A DNA stretch of 21,794 nucleotides, taken from Fidelibacterota bacterium. GTDB lineage: Bacteria; Fidelibacterota; Fidelibacteria; Fidelibacterales; DSDE01. The notes below the pieces were generated by a model. That model was not told the origin of the DNA. It worked only from the letters and a program-made list of their open reading frames with translations, and ran no database searches. The first letter of the stretch is position 1. Every line of letters starts with the position of its first letter. The stretch is from positions 1 to 21,794 of the forward strand of contig JBJKQR010000069.1 in assembly GCA_046735395.1 (NCBI GenBank), written 5' to 3'. The position numbers were made by a program, and so were the translations under genes. Positions 1-9,693 of this stretch are shown here, piece by piece.

Positions 1-35
1 CGGGTCTTGTTGCTGTTGGTAGCGGAGGAAAAGCT

Positions 36-410
36 ATGGACCTGTTAAAAACGAACAATTCAAATTTACTGAACAAGGCAGTTCAGGTGTATGACAGGCA
101 GCATGAAGCCATATCCAAGAATGTTGCCAACGTCACCACACCGGGGTATCAGCGCATGAATACCGACTTCTCGGATGTCCTGAGGGACAAGGTGATGCAG
201 AAGGCGTTGAAGGTTACGAATGACAAGCATTTTATGAAATCCAATTATGAGCAGACCGATCTGCAGGACGACCAGACCAAGAACAACGTGGACCTCACCG
301 AGGAAATGTCGGCGCTGGCTCAGAACCAGATCCGCCAGGAATTTGCCACGCGCATTCTCAATCTGCATTACAGCGGTGTGACGACAGCCATTACCGGGAA
401 CGCGAGATAG
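36..410 (+). CDS. flgB: Flagellar basal-body rod protein FlgB
   Basis: 124 aa. Rod motif ISKNVANVTTPGY, C-terminal NNVDLTEEMSALAQNQ, GGAGG RBS at 24-28, directly upstream of flgC. Confidence 0.93.
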   Translation: MDLLKTNNSNLLNKAVQVYDRQHEAISKNVANVTTPGYQRMNTDFSDVLRDKVMQKALKVTNDKHFMKSNYEQTDLQDDQTKNNVDLTEEMSALAQNQIRQEFATRILNLHYSGVTTAITGNAR

Positions 411-422
411 GGGAGGTGAATC

Positions 423-908
423 ATGAAGGTTAGTGGAGTCTTTACAGCCCTGCGCACCAATCTGAGCGGCCTCAGCACCCAGATGAAGCGTCTCGAGGCC
501 ATATCGGAAAATGTGGCCAACGCGGAGACGGCGCCGGATGCCAACGGGAATGTGTATAAGCGCAAGATCGTGGATCAGCGCCCCCTCCCGGATGTGAATG
601 ACAGCTTCGGCGGCAAGATGGCTCTCAGCCTCAAGCGCACGGACGGACAGCATTTCCGTACAGCTGATGAAGAGCGGGGTGTCATCGATACCAAAGCTGA
701 TAATATCAAAGTACTGGAACTTGACCAGGAAAAACTTGTCTTTGATCCCACCCATCCCCGGGCCGACAAGAACGGGTATGTCCGGATGCCGGACATCAAT
801 GTAGTGGGCGAAATGGTGGATCTTATTTCCGCCAGCCGCGCCTATGAAGCGAATGTCACCGTCATGGATGCCGGGAAACAGATGGCAAAGAACACATTAA
901 AAATTTAA
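423..908 (+). CDS. flgC: Flagellar basal-body rod protein FlgC
   Basis: SGLSTQMKRLEAISENVANAET; DPTHPRADKNGYVRMPDINVVGEMVDLISASRAYEAN; GGAGGTG RBS. Confidence 0.97.
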   Translation: MKVSGVFTALRTNLSGLSTQMKRLEAISENVANAETAPDANGNVYKRKIVDQRPLPDVNDSFGGKMALSLKRTDGQHFRTADEERGVIDTKADNIKVLELDQEKLVFDPTHPRADKNGYVRMPDINVVGEMVDLISASRAYEANVTVMDAGKQMAKNTLKI

Positions 909-919
909 CTTAGCGCACG

Positions 920-1198
920 ATGAAAATTACAGCAGGATTACAGCAGCAGCTCTTTAACCGTCCGGAGGCACTCCGCCCCGCAGAGGATTCTGCCCGCGAA
1001 CTTACCCGGCTTCTGGGAGAGGACGGCGGCGCGGATGATGTGGGGGAAGCCGGAAAAGAGGCAAAAGTTTTATCCCTTGGGGAAAAAAATACCCTGCACG
1101 CCCTTTTCGGCACGGAAAAGCCCACGGAATATTCTCTGTACGGAAGAAATAAGATTCAGAATATTCACAAGGGACAGCTTCTGGACGTAAGGGCATAG
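920..1198 (+). CDS. Small hypothetical protein between flgC and fliE
   Basis: 92-aa ORF filling the flgC-fliE gap with 10-11 nt spacers. Ends KGQLLDVRA, a G-x-x-(L/I)-D-x-x-A tail. No family recognised. Confidence 0.7.
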   Translation: MKITAGLQQQLFNRPEALRPAEDSARELTRLLGEDGGADDVGEAGKEAKVLSLGEKNTLHALFGTEKPTEYSLYGRNKIQNIHKGQLLDVRA

Positions 1199-1208
1199 GA
1201 GAATCAGG

Positions 1209-1523
1209 ATGAAAGTATCGGATCTTATTCAGAACAGACAGATGGGGGCTTTGCCGCAGAATCTCACGGCCCCGAAAACCGATGCGTCTGCAGACTCGAA
1301 AAAATTCAATTTCGGCGATACGATGAAGGATTTTCTCAACGCCGTCAATGAAGACAAGATTGAGTCCGGGAAAAAGGTCGAGGAAATTATTCAGGGAAAG
1401 TCGGAAAATCTGGCCGAGGCCATGTCGGCGGTGGAAGAATCATCCCTTTCCTTTCAACTCATGCTGGAAATCCGCAACAAGCTTGTACAGTCTTTCCAGG
1501 AAATTAACAGAATGCCCATTTAA
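1209..1523 (+). CDS. fliE: Flagellar hook-basal body protein FliE
   Basis: 104 aa. FGDTMKDFLNAVN and C-terminal SLSFQLMLEIRNKLVQSFQEINRMPI; upstream of fliF. Confidence 0.96.
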   Translation: MKVSDLIQNRQMGALPQNLTAPKTDASADSKKFNFGDTMKDFLNAVNEDKIESGKKVEEIIQGKSENLAEAMSAVEESSLSFQLMLEIRNKLVQSFQEINRMPI

Positions 1524-1535
1524 GGAGACGGATTC

Positions 1536-3152
1536 ATGAACGGCTTTTTTGCTCAGCTCGGCAGACTTCTGGCTCGCTACACGATCGGACAGCGCATCGT
1601 TATCTTTGCGGTGGGTCTCAGTGTCCTGTCGGCGGCGATTGCCATGGTTGTCTGGGCCAACCGCCCCGAGTACGATCTCATGTATTCCGGACTGGAGCCC
1701 AGTAACGCGTCCGCGATTGTTTCCGAACTTCGCGGCATGAAAGTGAATTTTAAACTGGGAAACAACGGCCGGGATATTTATGTTCCCCAGGACCAGGTCT
1801 CCGAACTCCGGCTTCGCTTTACCAGCCAGGGTTATGCGAATGCAAAGGTACCCGGCTATGAAATATTTGATAATTCCAAGATCGGGATGACCACCTTCAT
1901 GCAGCAGCTCAATATGCGGCGTGCACTGGAAGGGGAACTCATCAAGACTATCAACGAATTTCCCGAAGTCCGCAACAGCCGGGTGCATCTTGTTCTGCCC
2001 GAGGATAAACTTTTCGAAAAGGACCGCAAGGGGTCCGCTTCCGTCGTGCTGTATCTCAAGGCCGGCCACAGTATCAAGGCCGAGCAGGTGGACGGAATAT
2101 CAGCCCTGGTGGCCAACAGCGTCAAGGGCATTGATGCCGATAATGTAGTGGTGATCGATTCAGAGGGGAACCGCCTGAATGATACGGCGGACAAGGAAAA
2201 CACCATGGGCGCCGCCGGAACCCAGTGGGATCTCCGCCATCGTGAGGAAATGAAGGTTCAGAAAAAAGTCACCGATATTGTCGAAAATGTGGTCGGACTC
2301 CAGAATGCGGTGGTTCGCGTCTCTCTCGATATGAATTTTGAACAGGTGGAACGGAATTCGGACCTGCCTGATCCTGAATCGGTGGTGGTCGTGTCCGAAG
2401 AGACCCGCACCGAAACTCAGGCGGATCAGGACAGTCTGAATGCCAACAACAAAAACAAGCGAAGTGAAAACACGCTGACCAATTACGAAATCGGCAAGAT
2501 CCAGGAACATTTCGTGGGAAATACAGGTGTCATCAACAAGCTGTCCGTAGCCGTTCTGGTGAATGGCACCAAACAGACCGTCACCGATGCATCCGGTAAG
2601 AAGACTATCGAAATCAAGCCGCGCAGTGCCCGGGAACTGGAACAGATTGCCGCGCTGGTCCGCTCGGCTGTGGGATATGACGCGAATCGCGGTGATGTGG
2701 TTCAGGTCGAGAATATCAGCTTCGACACCTCTGCCCAGGAAGAGGATATGCAGTATTTTGCCGATGCCGACAAGAAAGAGCTCTATTCACAGATTATCAA
2801 TAAGGGACTTCTGGTCATCGGCCTCATTGTGGGAATCTTCTTCATGCGGTCTCTCCTGAAGAATTCTCAGGATATCTTCAATACGGGAAGCGCCGCACTC
2901 GGCTCCGGAGTCAGACGGAAAATGGTTATGGCCCCGGACGGAACTCAGATGGCTCTGCCGGAGGTGGAGGAAGAGCCGGAAGAACAGATTGATGAGGATA
3001 TCTTCATGAAGAAACTGAGTCCCGAGGCCCAGGCCCGGCTCAGAGCCAAGGATAAAATGATGACGGCAGTGGTGGATTATGCCAAGGATGAACCCGAATC
3101 CTCAGCTAAAATCATCCGCTCCTGGCTGACTAAACAGAATAATCAAAATTAA
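1536..3152 (+). CDS. fliF: Flagellar MS-ring protein FliF
   Basis: 538 aa, two TM segments. GYEIFDNSKIGMTTF, RALEGELIKTI, RVHLVLPE, ASVVL, GYDANRGDVVQV. AAGGAG RBS. Confidence 0.97.
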   Translation: MNGFFAQLGRLLARYTIGQRIVIFAVGLSVLSAAIAMVVWANRPEYDLMYSGLEPSNASAIVSELRGMKVNFKLGNNGRDIYVPQDQVSELRLRFTSQGYANAKVPGYEIFDNSKIGMTTFMQQLNMRRALEGELIKTINEFPEVRNSRVHLVLPEDKLFEKDRKGSASVVLYLKAGHSIKAEQVDGISALVANSVKGIDADNVVVIDSEGNRLNDTADKENTMGAAGTQWDLRHREEMKVQKKVTDIVENVVGLQNAVVRVSLDMNFEQVERNSDLPDPESVVVVSEETRTETQADQDSLNANNKNKRSENTLTNYEIGKIQEHFVGNTGVINKLSVAVLVNGTKQTVTDASGKKTIEIKPRSARELEQIAALVRSAVGYDANRGDVVQVENISFDTSAQEEDMQYFADADKKELYSQIINKGLLVIGLIVGIFFMRSLLKNSQDIFNTGSAALGSGVRRKMVMAPDGTQMALPEVEEEPEEQIDEDIFMKKLSPEAQARLRAKDKMMTAVVDYAKDEPESSAKIIRSWLTKQNNQN

Positions 3153-3159
3153 CGGTTGA

Positions 3160-4200
3160 ATGTCTATGGCTATCGACGATAAAGATCCCCGCAAACCAGA
3201 AATCAAAATGAATAATTATCAGAAGTCAGCTCTGATACTTATCGCCATGGGCAGTGAAAATGCCGCCAATGTTCTCAGGCACCTCAATGAAAAGGAAGTG
3301 GAAAAAGTTTCCATTGAAATTGCCCGTATGGAAGATGTCTCAGCGGATGTTCTGAATGCCGTTATCGAAGAATATTATGAAATGATGCTGGCCAATCAGT
3401 ATATCGTGCAGGGTGGTATGAGCTACGCGCGAAAAGTGCTGGAAGCAGCCTGGGGTATGAAAAAGGCCGAGGAAATCCTGAACAGGGTGGAAGCGTCGAC
3501 TCAGGTGTCCGCGTTCTATATGCTTCGGACCGTGGATGACAAACAGCTTCTGAACTTCCTGCAGAATGAGCACCCGCAGACCGCTGCCCTGATTCTCGCC
3601 AACCTGAAACCGACCCAGGCCGCGTCCATTCTCAATGAACTTCCTTCCGAAATGCAGGGTGACATCGTGTACCGCCTGGCTACCATGGAAAAAACCTCTC
3701 CCGAGCTGATCGCCGACATCGAGACCGTCCTCAAGGATCAGATGGGTGCCACATTCGGGGGTGACCTCAGTGTGACCGGTGGTGCCGGGGCCGTTGCTGA
3801 AATTCTGAATTCCACCAGCCGCGCCGCCGAAAAGAATATTCTGGAACAGCTCAAGGAACAGGATCCCAAACTGGCCGAAGAAATCACCAGCCTCATGTTC
3901 CTCTTCGAAGATATTATTCATCTGCCTGACAGCGTCATCCAGATGATCAACAAGGAAATCAACGGCAAGACCCTGGCCATGTCTCTCAAGGCCACCTCCG
4001 TCGATCTCAAGGATAAGTTTATGAGGAATATGTCCGAACGCGCCGGGGACATGCTGAGGGAAGAAATCGAGTACCTCGGACCGGTCCGGGTGCGTGATGT
4101 GGACAATGCCCAGGCTGAAATTCTGGAAATTATCCGGAAGCTTGAGGAAGCCGGTGAAATATCTCTGGGCCGTGGCGTCGAAGAAGAAATTATCGAATAG
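3160..4200 (+). CDS. fliG: Flagellar motor switch protein FliG
   Basis: EHPQTAALIL, MFLFEDI, RNMSERAG, LGPVRVRDVDNAQ. Start could be 3160 or 3166. Confidence 0.97.
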   Translation: MSMAIDDKDPRKPEIKMNNYQKSALILIAMGSENAANVLRHLNEKEVEKVSIEIARMEDVSADVLNAVIEEYYEMMLANQYIVQGGMSYARKVLEAAWGMKKAEEILNRVEASTQVSAFYMLRTVDDKQLLNFLQNEHPQTAALILANLKPTQAASILNELPSEMQGDIVYRLATMEKTSPELIADIETVLKDQMGATFGGDLSVTGGAGAVAEILNSTSRAAEKNILEQLKEQDPKLAEEITSLMFLFEDIIHLPDSVIQMINKEINGKTLAMSLKATSVDLKDKFMRNMSERAGDMLREEIEYLGPVRVRDVDNAQAEILEIIRKLEEAGEISLGRGVEEEIIE

Positions 4201-4208
4201 GAATTTAT

Positions 4209-4898
4209 ATGATAACCGTCAGACTGCCCAAACCGCCATTACGGATTCATGTCCGGGATATCGTGTCCAGCTGGGATCCTGGGTTTATGCCTCATACGCC
4301 TAGGAGCTATGTGGATCAGGAGGAGCAGGGGAAGATACGGGCTCTGAAGGATCGCATCTCCGAACTCGAATATCAGCTGGAAAATGAGCGGCAGGTCGCC
4401 TTTCAGCAGGGATATCAGGATGGTACGGAAGCCGTTGTCAAGGATGCCCGGACCCTCACCCAGACCCTGCCCGTCCGCTACAGCCAGATGACCGAAAGTA
4501 TTAAGGACCAGCTGAACGAAGAACTGAAACGGCTCCGCGAACCGCTTCTCGATTTTGCCATCGGTGTCGCCGCAGAGCTGCTCGGATCCAAACTGACCGT
4601 GGAGGAACATCAGCAGCAGCTGCTCACAAAAAATATCAGTGAATTTCTTGATAAAGTCCGGACGCAGACCCGCATTCTCATCCGTGTGAATCCGGAACAG
4701 CTCGACTGGGTGACCCGCAGCGATGTGGTCAGTCTGATGAACGCATCCGTGAAGGATCATGTCCGCTTCCTGCGCGATCCGGATCTCAATCCGGGGGAAT
4801 GTATCCTTGAAACTGAGGATTTCAACGTGGAAGGCATTGTGAATAAACAGCTTCGCAGTCTCCGTGAGCAACTGCTGGGAACCGGCGAATATGATTGA
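4209..4898 (+). CDS. fliH: Flagellar export ATPase regulator FliH
   Basis: AFQQGYQDG (AxxxGxxxG), IRVNPEQ, DPDLNPGECILET; between fliG and fliI. Confidence 0.9.
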   Translation: MITVRLPKPPLRIHVRDIVSSWDPGFMPHTPRSYVDQEEQGKIRALKDRISELEYQLENERQVAFQQGYQDGTEAVVKDARTLTQTLPVRYSQMTESIKDQLNEELKRLREPLLDFAIGVAAELLGSKLTVEEHQQQLLTKNISEFLDKVRTQTRILIRVNPEQLDWVTRSDVVSLMNASVKDHVRFLRDPDLNPGECILETEDFNVEGIVNKQLRSLREQLLGTGEYD

Positions 4899-6216
4899 TT
4901 ATACCCAGAATTTTGTGGAATTCCGCAAGCGCCTGTCCTACCTGAGCCTGTCTCCCGTTTCGGGGAAGGTCAGTCAGGTGGTGGGTTTGGTCATCGAGGC
5001 GTCTCTGCCCGATGCCAGTCTGGGTGAACTCTGTGAAATTCATACCCGGGACGGACGTCGGATTCGTTCTGAAATCGTGGGTTTCCGGGGCGACAAGGTT
5101 CTGCTCATGCCGCTTGATGATATGTCGGGGATCAGTCCCGGCGCCACTATCAGCCGCAGTGTCACGCCCCTGTCCATTCCCGTCGGGCCTGAGCTGCTGG
5201 GACGTGTTATTGACGGCCTGGGCAATCCGCTCGATGGAAAGGGCCCCATCCGCTGTGAGGAATTTCGTCCCGTCCACAGCAATCCGCCCGATCCCCTGCG
5301 CCGCCGACGCATTACGGACGTTTTGTCAACCGGTGTCCGCGCTATTGACGGCCTCATTACTCTGGGTAAAGGCCAGCGTGTGGGTATCTTCGCCGGGTCG
5401 GGTGTGGGAAAGTCGGTTCTGCTGGGAATGATTTCAAGATTTACATCAGCAAGTGTCAATGTCATTGCTCTCATCGGTGAACGGGGCCGTGAAGTGCGGG
5501 AATTTATCGAACGGGATCTGGGTGAAGAGGGCCTGCGGCACTCTGTCGTCATTGTCGCCACCTCGGACCAGGCTGCCATGGTCCGGATCAAGGGCGCTCT
5601 CATCGCCATGACCATTGCTGAATATTTCCGCGATCTGGGGCATGATGTCATGTTCATGATGGATTCTCTGACCCGTGTTGCTATGGCTCAGCGGGAAATC
5701 GGCCTGGCCAGCGGCGAACCGCCGTCCACAAAGGGCTATACGCCCTCCGTTTTTACTCTGCTGCCCAAGCTTCTGGAACGGGCCGGATCCGGTATTACCG
5801 GAAGCATCAGCGGTCTGTTTACCGTGCTCGTCGAAGGCGGGGATCTGGATGAACCGGTGTCCGATGCCGCCAGAGCCATTCTGGACGGGCATATCGTTCT
5901 TTCCCGCAGGATTGCCTCGCGGGGCCATTATCCGGCTATCGATGTGCTTGAATCCGTCTCCCGTCTCCGCTCGGAAGTTCTGGAGGATGACAGCCTGGAA
6001 AACAGCCGCCGTTTCCTCGAACTTCTGGCCTATTATCGTGAAAATGAAGATCTGATCAATATTGGCGCCTACGCTCAGGGTTCCAATGCAGAGGTGGATC
6101 TTGCCATAAAATACAGGAAGGATTTTAATGCCTTCCTGCAGCAGCGGATGAATGAATCGGCTGATTTTGAATCCACCATCGATGTGCTCAATACGCTCAT
6201 GAAGGAAATGGAATAG
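4891..6216 (+). CDS. fliI: Flagellum-specific export ATPase FliI
   Basis: Walker A GSGVGKS, LIGERGREV, Walker B MFMMDSLTR, GEPP, LDGHIVLSR, YPAIDV. ATG 4891 overlapping the fliH stop (ATGATTGA) is preferred to the track's GTG at 4864. Confidence 0.97.
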   Translation: MIDYTQNFVEFRKRLSYLSLSPVSGKVSQVVGLVIEASLPDASLGELCEIHTRDGRRIRSEIVGFRGDKVLLMPLDDMSGISPGATISRSVTPLSIPVGPELLGRVIDGLGNPLDGKGPIRCEEFRPVHSNPPDPLRRRRITDVLSTGVRAIDGLITLGKGQRVGIFAGSGVGKSVLLGMISRFTSASVNVIALIGERGREVREFIERDLGEEGLRHSVVIVATSDQAAMVRIKGALIAMTIAEYFRDLGHDVMFMMDSLTRVAMAQREIGLASGEPPSTKGYTPSVFTLLPKLLERAGSGITGSISGLFTVLVEGGDLDEPVSDAARAILDGHIVLSRRIASRGHYPAIDVLESVSRLRSEVLEDDSLENSRRFLELLAYYRENEDLINIGAYAQGSNAEVDLAIKYRKDFNAFLQQRMNESADFESTIDVLNTLMKEME

Positions 6217-6218
6217 GT

Positions 6219-6659
6219 ATGCCTCTCGCCTTTAAATTCAGATACGAGCAGTATCTGAAACTGAAAAACAAGATTGAACAGGACAAGGCCCTGGACTTTG
6301 CCGCGGCCATGAGCCGGCTGCAGCAGGCGGAAAACGGCCTCAGCGAACTGGAAAACCGGAAAGTTGTCCATCTCATGATGGGCTCTGCCTTTACCGGCAA
6401 TACCCTCTTTGCCATGCAGATGGCGACGAGTTACCTCATGCAGCTGAATGAGGATATTAAACATCAGCAGGTGGAAATCACGGACCGCCGCCAGGAAGTT
6501 GACAAACGCAGACATATACTGAATGAAGCCATGAAGGAGCGGAAGATTATCGAAAAACTGAAGGAAAAGCAGCTGGAAGCCTATACTGAGGATATCCGGA
6601 AAAAGGAAACCATTAATGAGGGTGAAACAGCTCTGCAGATGGTCCGGAGGCGATCATGA
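6219..6659 (+). CDS. fliJ: Flagellar export protein FliJ
   Basis: 146 aa coiled coil. FKFRYEQYLKLK start, AMKERKIIEKLKEK; follows fliI. Confidence 0.92.
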   Translation: MPLAFKFRYEQYLKLKNKIEQDKALDFAAAMSRLQQAENGLSELENRKVVHLMMGSAFTGNTLFAMQMATSYLMQLNEDIKHQQVEITDRRQEVDKRRHILNEAMKERKIIEKLKEKQLEAYTEDIRKKETINEGETALQMVRRRS

Positions 6660-7201
6660 AAAGTACTACCGTATGGGTAATTGCAGCCATTCTGTCCTTT
6701 ATCGTCCTCGTTCTCGTTATTTTCCTCGTTCTGTATAATCAGAATCCGGATGATCCCACTATGGAAAATGAAGCGATCCTCAGTGATAAATTCATCGCCG
6801 ATACCTATCTGGAACAGAAGGATCAGCAGATTGACAGCCTGAAAACCCTTATCGACAGCCTCCGAAGCACTATATTCTTTGATAAGCTTGAATACGACAG
6901 CGTCAATCAGGTTCTGGCCTATCAGCAGGGCCTGATTTCCGAGTACAAGAGCAGCCTGGAAAAAGCCAGCAGTCAGCTGAACCAGAAGGCCCAGACCAGT
7001 GCCAAACTTCAGGAACTCGCAAAAACCTATGAAAGTATGAAAATCGCCGATATGCAGCCGATTCTGGCTGAACTTGATGATAAAACCGTCCTTGATCTGT
7101 ATAAATATACGGGAGCCCGAAACCGTAAGAACCTTCTCAAGGCCCTCTCAAGCAAGAGGGCGGCGGCGATCACGGAAGTGATGGCCAAGGGAGAACGATA
7201 A
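6656..7201 (+). CDS. Membrane-anchored coiled-coil flagellar protein, MotE/YlxF/FlbB-like (MgtE_N-like C-terminus)
   Basis: N-terminal TM helix, coiled coil, then LAKTYESMK...ILAELDD...LLKALSSKRAAAIT. Usual position between fliJ and fliK. ATGA and TAATG overlaps with its neighbours. Confidence 0.8.
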   Translation: MKSTTVWVIAAILSFIVLVLVIFLVLYNQNPDDPTMENEAILSDKFIADTYLEQKDQQIDSLKTLIDSLRSTIFFDKLEYDSVNQVLAYQQGLISEYKSSLEKASSQLNQKAQTSAKLQELAKTYESMKIADMQPILAELDDKTVLDLYKYTGARNRKNLLKALSSKRAAAITEVMAKGER

Positions 7202-9675
7202 TGTTGAAACCTTCGAACAAAGCCGACTATACAATGTCGGATCTCAATGTTCAGGGAGGACGGGAAGCCCGGAAAAGGGGTGAGAATGCCACGTTTTCAG
7301 AATTCATGCCCCTGATTCAAGCCTCTCTGCAAACCCATAAACCCGTGGCGGAAGCGCCTCACCCTTCAGTAAATCATGAAAAACACGCGGGCCCGAGGCA
7401 TATTACGGCTCAGTCCGGACACCACAGCGCTAAGGCTGTCGCGGCACTGAGAAGTGAGAGCCAGATTCCCGTCGCGGATGCGGAAAAAACCGTTTCCACG
7501 GATTCTGCCCAGACAGTGCAGACTGCTTCTGTGCCCCCCTCTGATGAGACGGCGGCCGCTGCGAAGTCTGTCAATCCGAAACCTGAAGCATCTGCCGCGC
7601 TTTCTCCGGATGCAAAAGCAGTGCCTTCCGATACGGTCAGTCCTGCTGCTCCGGCCGAAGCCAGAACAGGCATTCCCGCTCAGAGGACACCCTCTCAGAC
7701 TGAACCTGCTGTAAACACAGCGGCAACACCTGATAACCGTCAGGACGCAATCCGTTCCGAGGTGAAAAAGAATACGGTTATTGATACGTCATCCCCTTCC
7801 CTGAATGCGGATACAAAGGCCGATGCCGCAGCGGAAAACAAACCGCTTCCATCCAGTGTAAAAACTGTATCCGCTGCGAGCCCGTCTTTAAATCCGGGTG
7901 CTTCAGAAACAGATGCGTCGGACGCAGGCAGTGACGGGTCAATTATGAAGAAAGCGACTATGAAAACATCTGTTCAGGCAGAAAATATGCCACCTGTTTC
8001 ATCGGATGCGAAAGCCGCCGGATTGGTGGAAAAATCACCCGAAGCGGCGGCGGCCGACACTGAGAAATTGACTGCTGCCGGTAAAGCCGGGCAGCAACCT
8101 GTTCCCGAATATCCCGGAATTGCAGACAGCAAGGATATAAAAACTCCGTCTTCGCTCCGGACAAAACTGTCCGGAATTGCGGATGGTTCCGTAAAAACGG
8201 CCGCGAATGTGGCGGGAAGACTGCAGGGACAACCATTCACGACGCCGGCGGGCGCGGACCGGGATGTGATCCCGGCGCCCCGGACACGGGGCGAGCGGCT
8301 GAATGCCCTCACGTCCAGAGTCCGGGCAACGGATACGGTGATCTCTGCACCTCCGTCCGGAACACGGCCGGATGCTCCCCGATCCCTTCATAAACTCACA
8401 GCCGCAAATGAAGACAAATCTGTAGCTGGAAAAATCCGCACTATTATCCGGGACTTCAGCCGCAGCGCGCCCCCCAAACCGGAGATGAAGATATTCAGCG
8501 ACAGCCCTGCTCCGAAAATCACCATTCCTGCCGTATCCGCTCCGAGAATTCAGGAAATCAAACTACCCACACCGGAGATTAAAAATCCGGAAAATCCAAA
8601 ACCAGCAGAAGAACTGAAACCGGCGCAGCCTGTGTCGAAGACCGGAACACCCATTACCGGCAAACCGGAAACACCGCTTTCGGTGTCAAAACCGGAATCG
8701 GCCCAGGCAAAGGCAGCGGGAGCCCGGGAAATGGTGACGCAGAATCTGAAAAATCCACGTCCCGAATCGGATCCCATGCCCGATCGCCGCGAGGATTCGA
8801 ATTCGAAATCCGAAGCGCTTTCCCATAGCACTGCGGATCAGGCCCGGCACCATTCTCTGCAGGCAAAGGGTGATGCCGGCACGAATCCGGATAAAAACCG
8901 CCCGGATTTAACCCAGCAACATAGGCCGGAACCATTCGCAGGATCTGCTGATTCCAGAGACAGAGCTGCAGACAAGGCAAATGCGGATTCCGGAAAACCT
9001 GCGGCCGCAGCCCGTTCTGATATATCATCGAATACTCAGCAGGATACGGGGACAAAAAGTACGGCGACCCGGCCGGATGCGGCAGGATTCAGCCTGAGAC
9101 AGGGTTTTTCGGATGCGGATAACTCCGGTGGACGCAGGAATTCTGGTGACTTGAACAGTAATCAGACTCTGACCGGCGGAATTCCGGAGGCAAGAAGCAC
9201 GGAAACAGTCGGACGCAGTTTTGCCACCTTTGTGAATCAGGCCGGCCAGGCACCCAAATCCGAACTTGTAGGAAAGATTCTGCAGGTAATTCAGCAGAAT
9301 TATACGGACAGTACGAAAACGGTCTTCAAATTGGATGGCGGTAGTGCCGGTAAAATGGATGTCAGCTTCCATAAACATGAAGACAACGTCCGCATCCTAA
9401 TCCAGGTCGGTGATGAAGCGACCCGGAATCTGGTCAACCGCCTGCTGCCGGAAATTCGTGACAATCTGGGCCGGCAGGGCCTTGATTTTACCAGTATTGA
9501 AACCTCGCTGAGGGAAGAGGGAGACAGCCACTCCGACCGAAAAGAGGAAACAAACCAGAATGGACTTCCGAAGCTCACCCGCGCTGAAGTGGAGGAGCTT
9601 CTCGATTTTTCCGATATCCGCCGCGATAAAAACGGCCGGGATTTCGGATATAATACATTGGAAATAACTGTCTGA
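7201..9675 (+). CDS. fliK: Flagellar hook-length control protein FliK (824 aa)
   Basis: About 680 aa of Ala/Pro/Ser/Thr-rich low-complexity sequence, then a T3S4-like domain (FKLDGGSAGKMDVSF...LLPEIRDNLGRQGL). Immediately upstream of flgD. Confidence 0.85.
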   Translation: MLKPSNKADYTMSDLNVQGGREARKRGENATFSEFMPLIQASLQTHKPVAEAPHPSVNHEKHAGPRHITAQSGHHSAKAVAALRSESQIPVADAEKTVSTDSAQTVQTASVPPSDETAAAAKSVNPKPEASAALSPDAKAVPSDTVSPAAPAEARTGIPAQRTPSQTEPAVNTAATPDNRQDAIRSEVKKNTVIDTSSPSLNADTKADAAAENKPLPSSVKTVSAASPSLNPGASETDASDAGSDGSIMKKATMKTSVQAENMPPVSSDAKAAGLVEKSPEAAAADTEKLTAAGKAGQQPVPEYPGIADSKDIKTPSSLRTKLSGIADGSVKTAANVAGRLQGQPFTTPAGADRDVIPAPRTRGERLNALTSRVRATDTVISAPPSGTRPDAPRSLHKLTAANEDKSVAGKIRTIIRDFSRSAPPKPEMKIFSDSPAPKITIPAVSAPRIQEIKLPTPEIKNPENPKPAEELKPAQPVSKTGTPITGKPETPLSVSKPESAQAKAAGAREMVTQNLKNPRPESDPMPDRREDSNSKSEALSHSTADQARHHSLQAKGDAGTNPDKNRPDLTQQHRPEPFAGSADSRDRAADKANADSGKPAAAARSDISSNTQQDTGTKSTATRPDAAGFSLRQGFSDADNSGGRRNSGDLNSNQTLTGGIPEARSTETVGRSFATFVNQAGQAPKSELVGKILQVIQQNYTDSTKTVFKLDGGSAGKMDVSFHKHEDNVRILIQVGDEATRNLVNRLLPEIRDNLGRQGLDFTSIETSLREEGDSHSDRKEETNQNGLPKLTRAEVEELLDFSDIRRDKNGRDFGYNTLEITV

Positions 9676-9693
9676 AAGAAAGGAGCTTGAATC

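Noticed and set aside
1..14. TTGCT upstream of flgB as a sigma54 -12 box
   Set aside because: The -24 position is cut by the window edge and the visible base does not fit GG.
1536..6659. Injectisome (non-flagellar T3SS) interpretation
   Set aside because: Rod, hook, hook-cap, FliG and stator genes make it flagellar.
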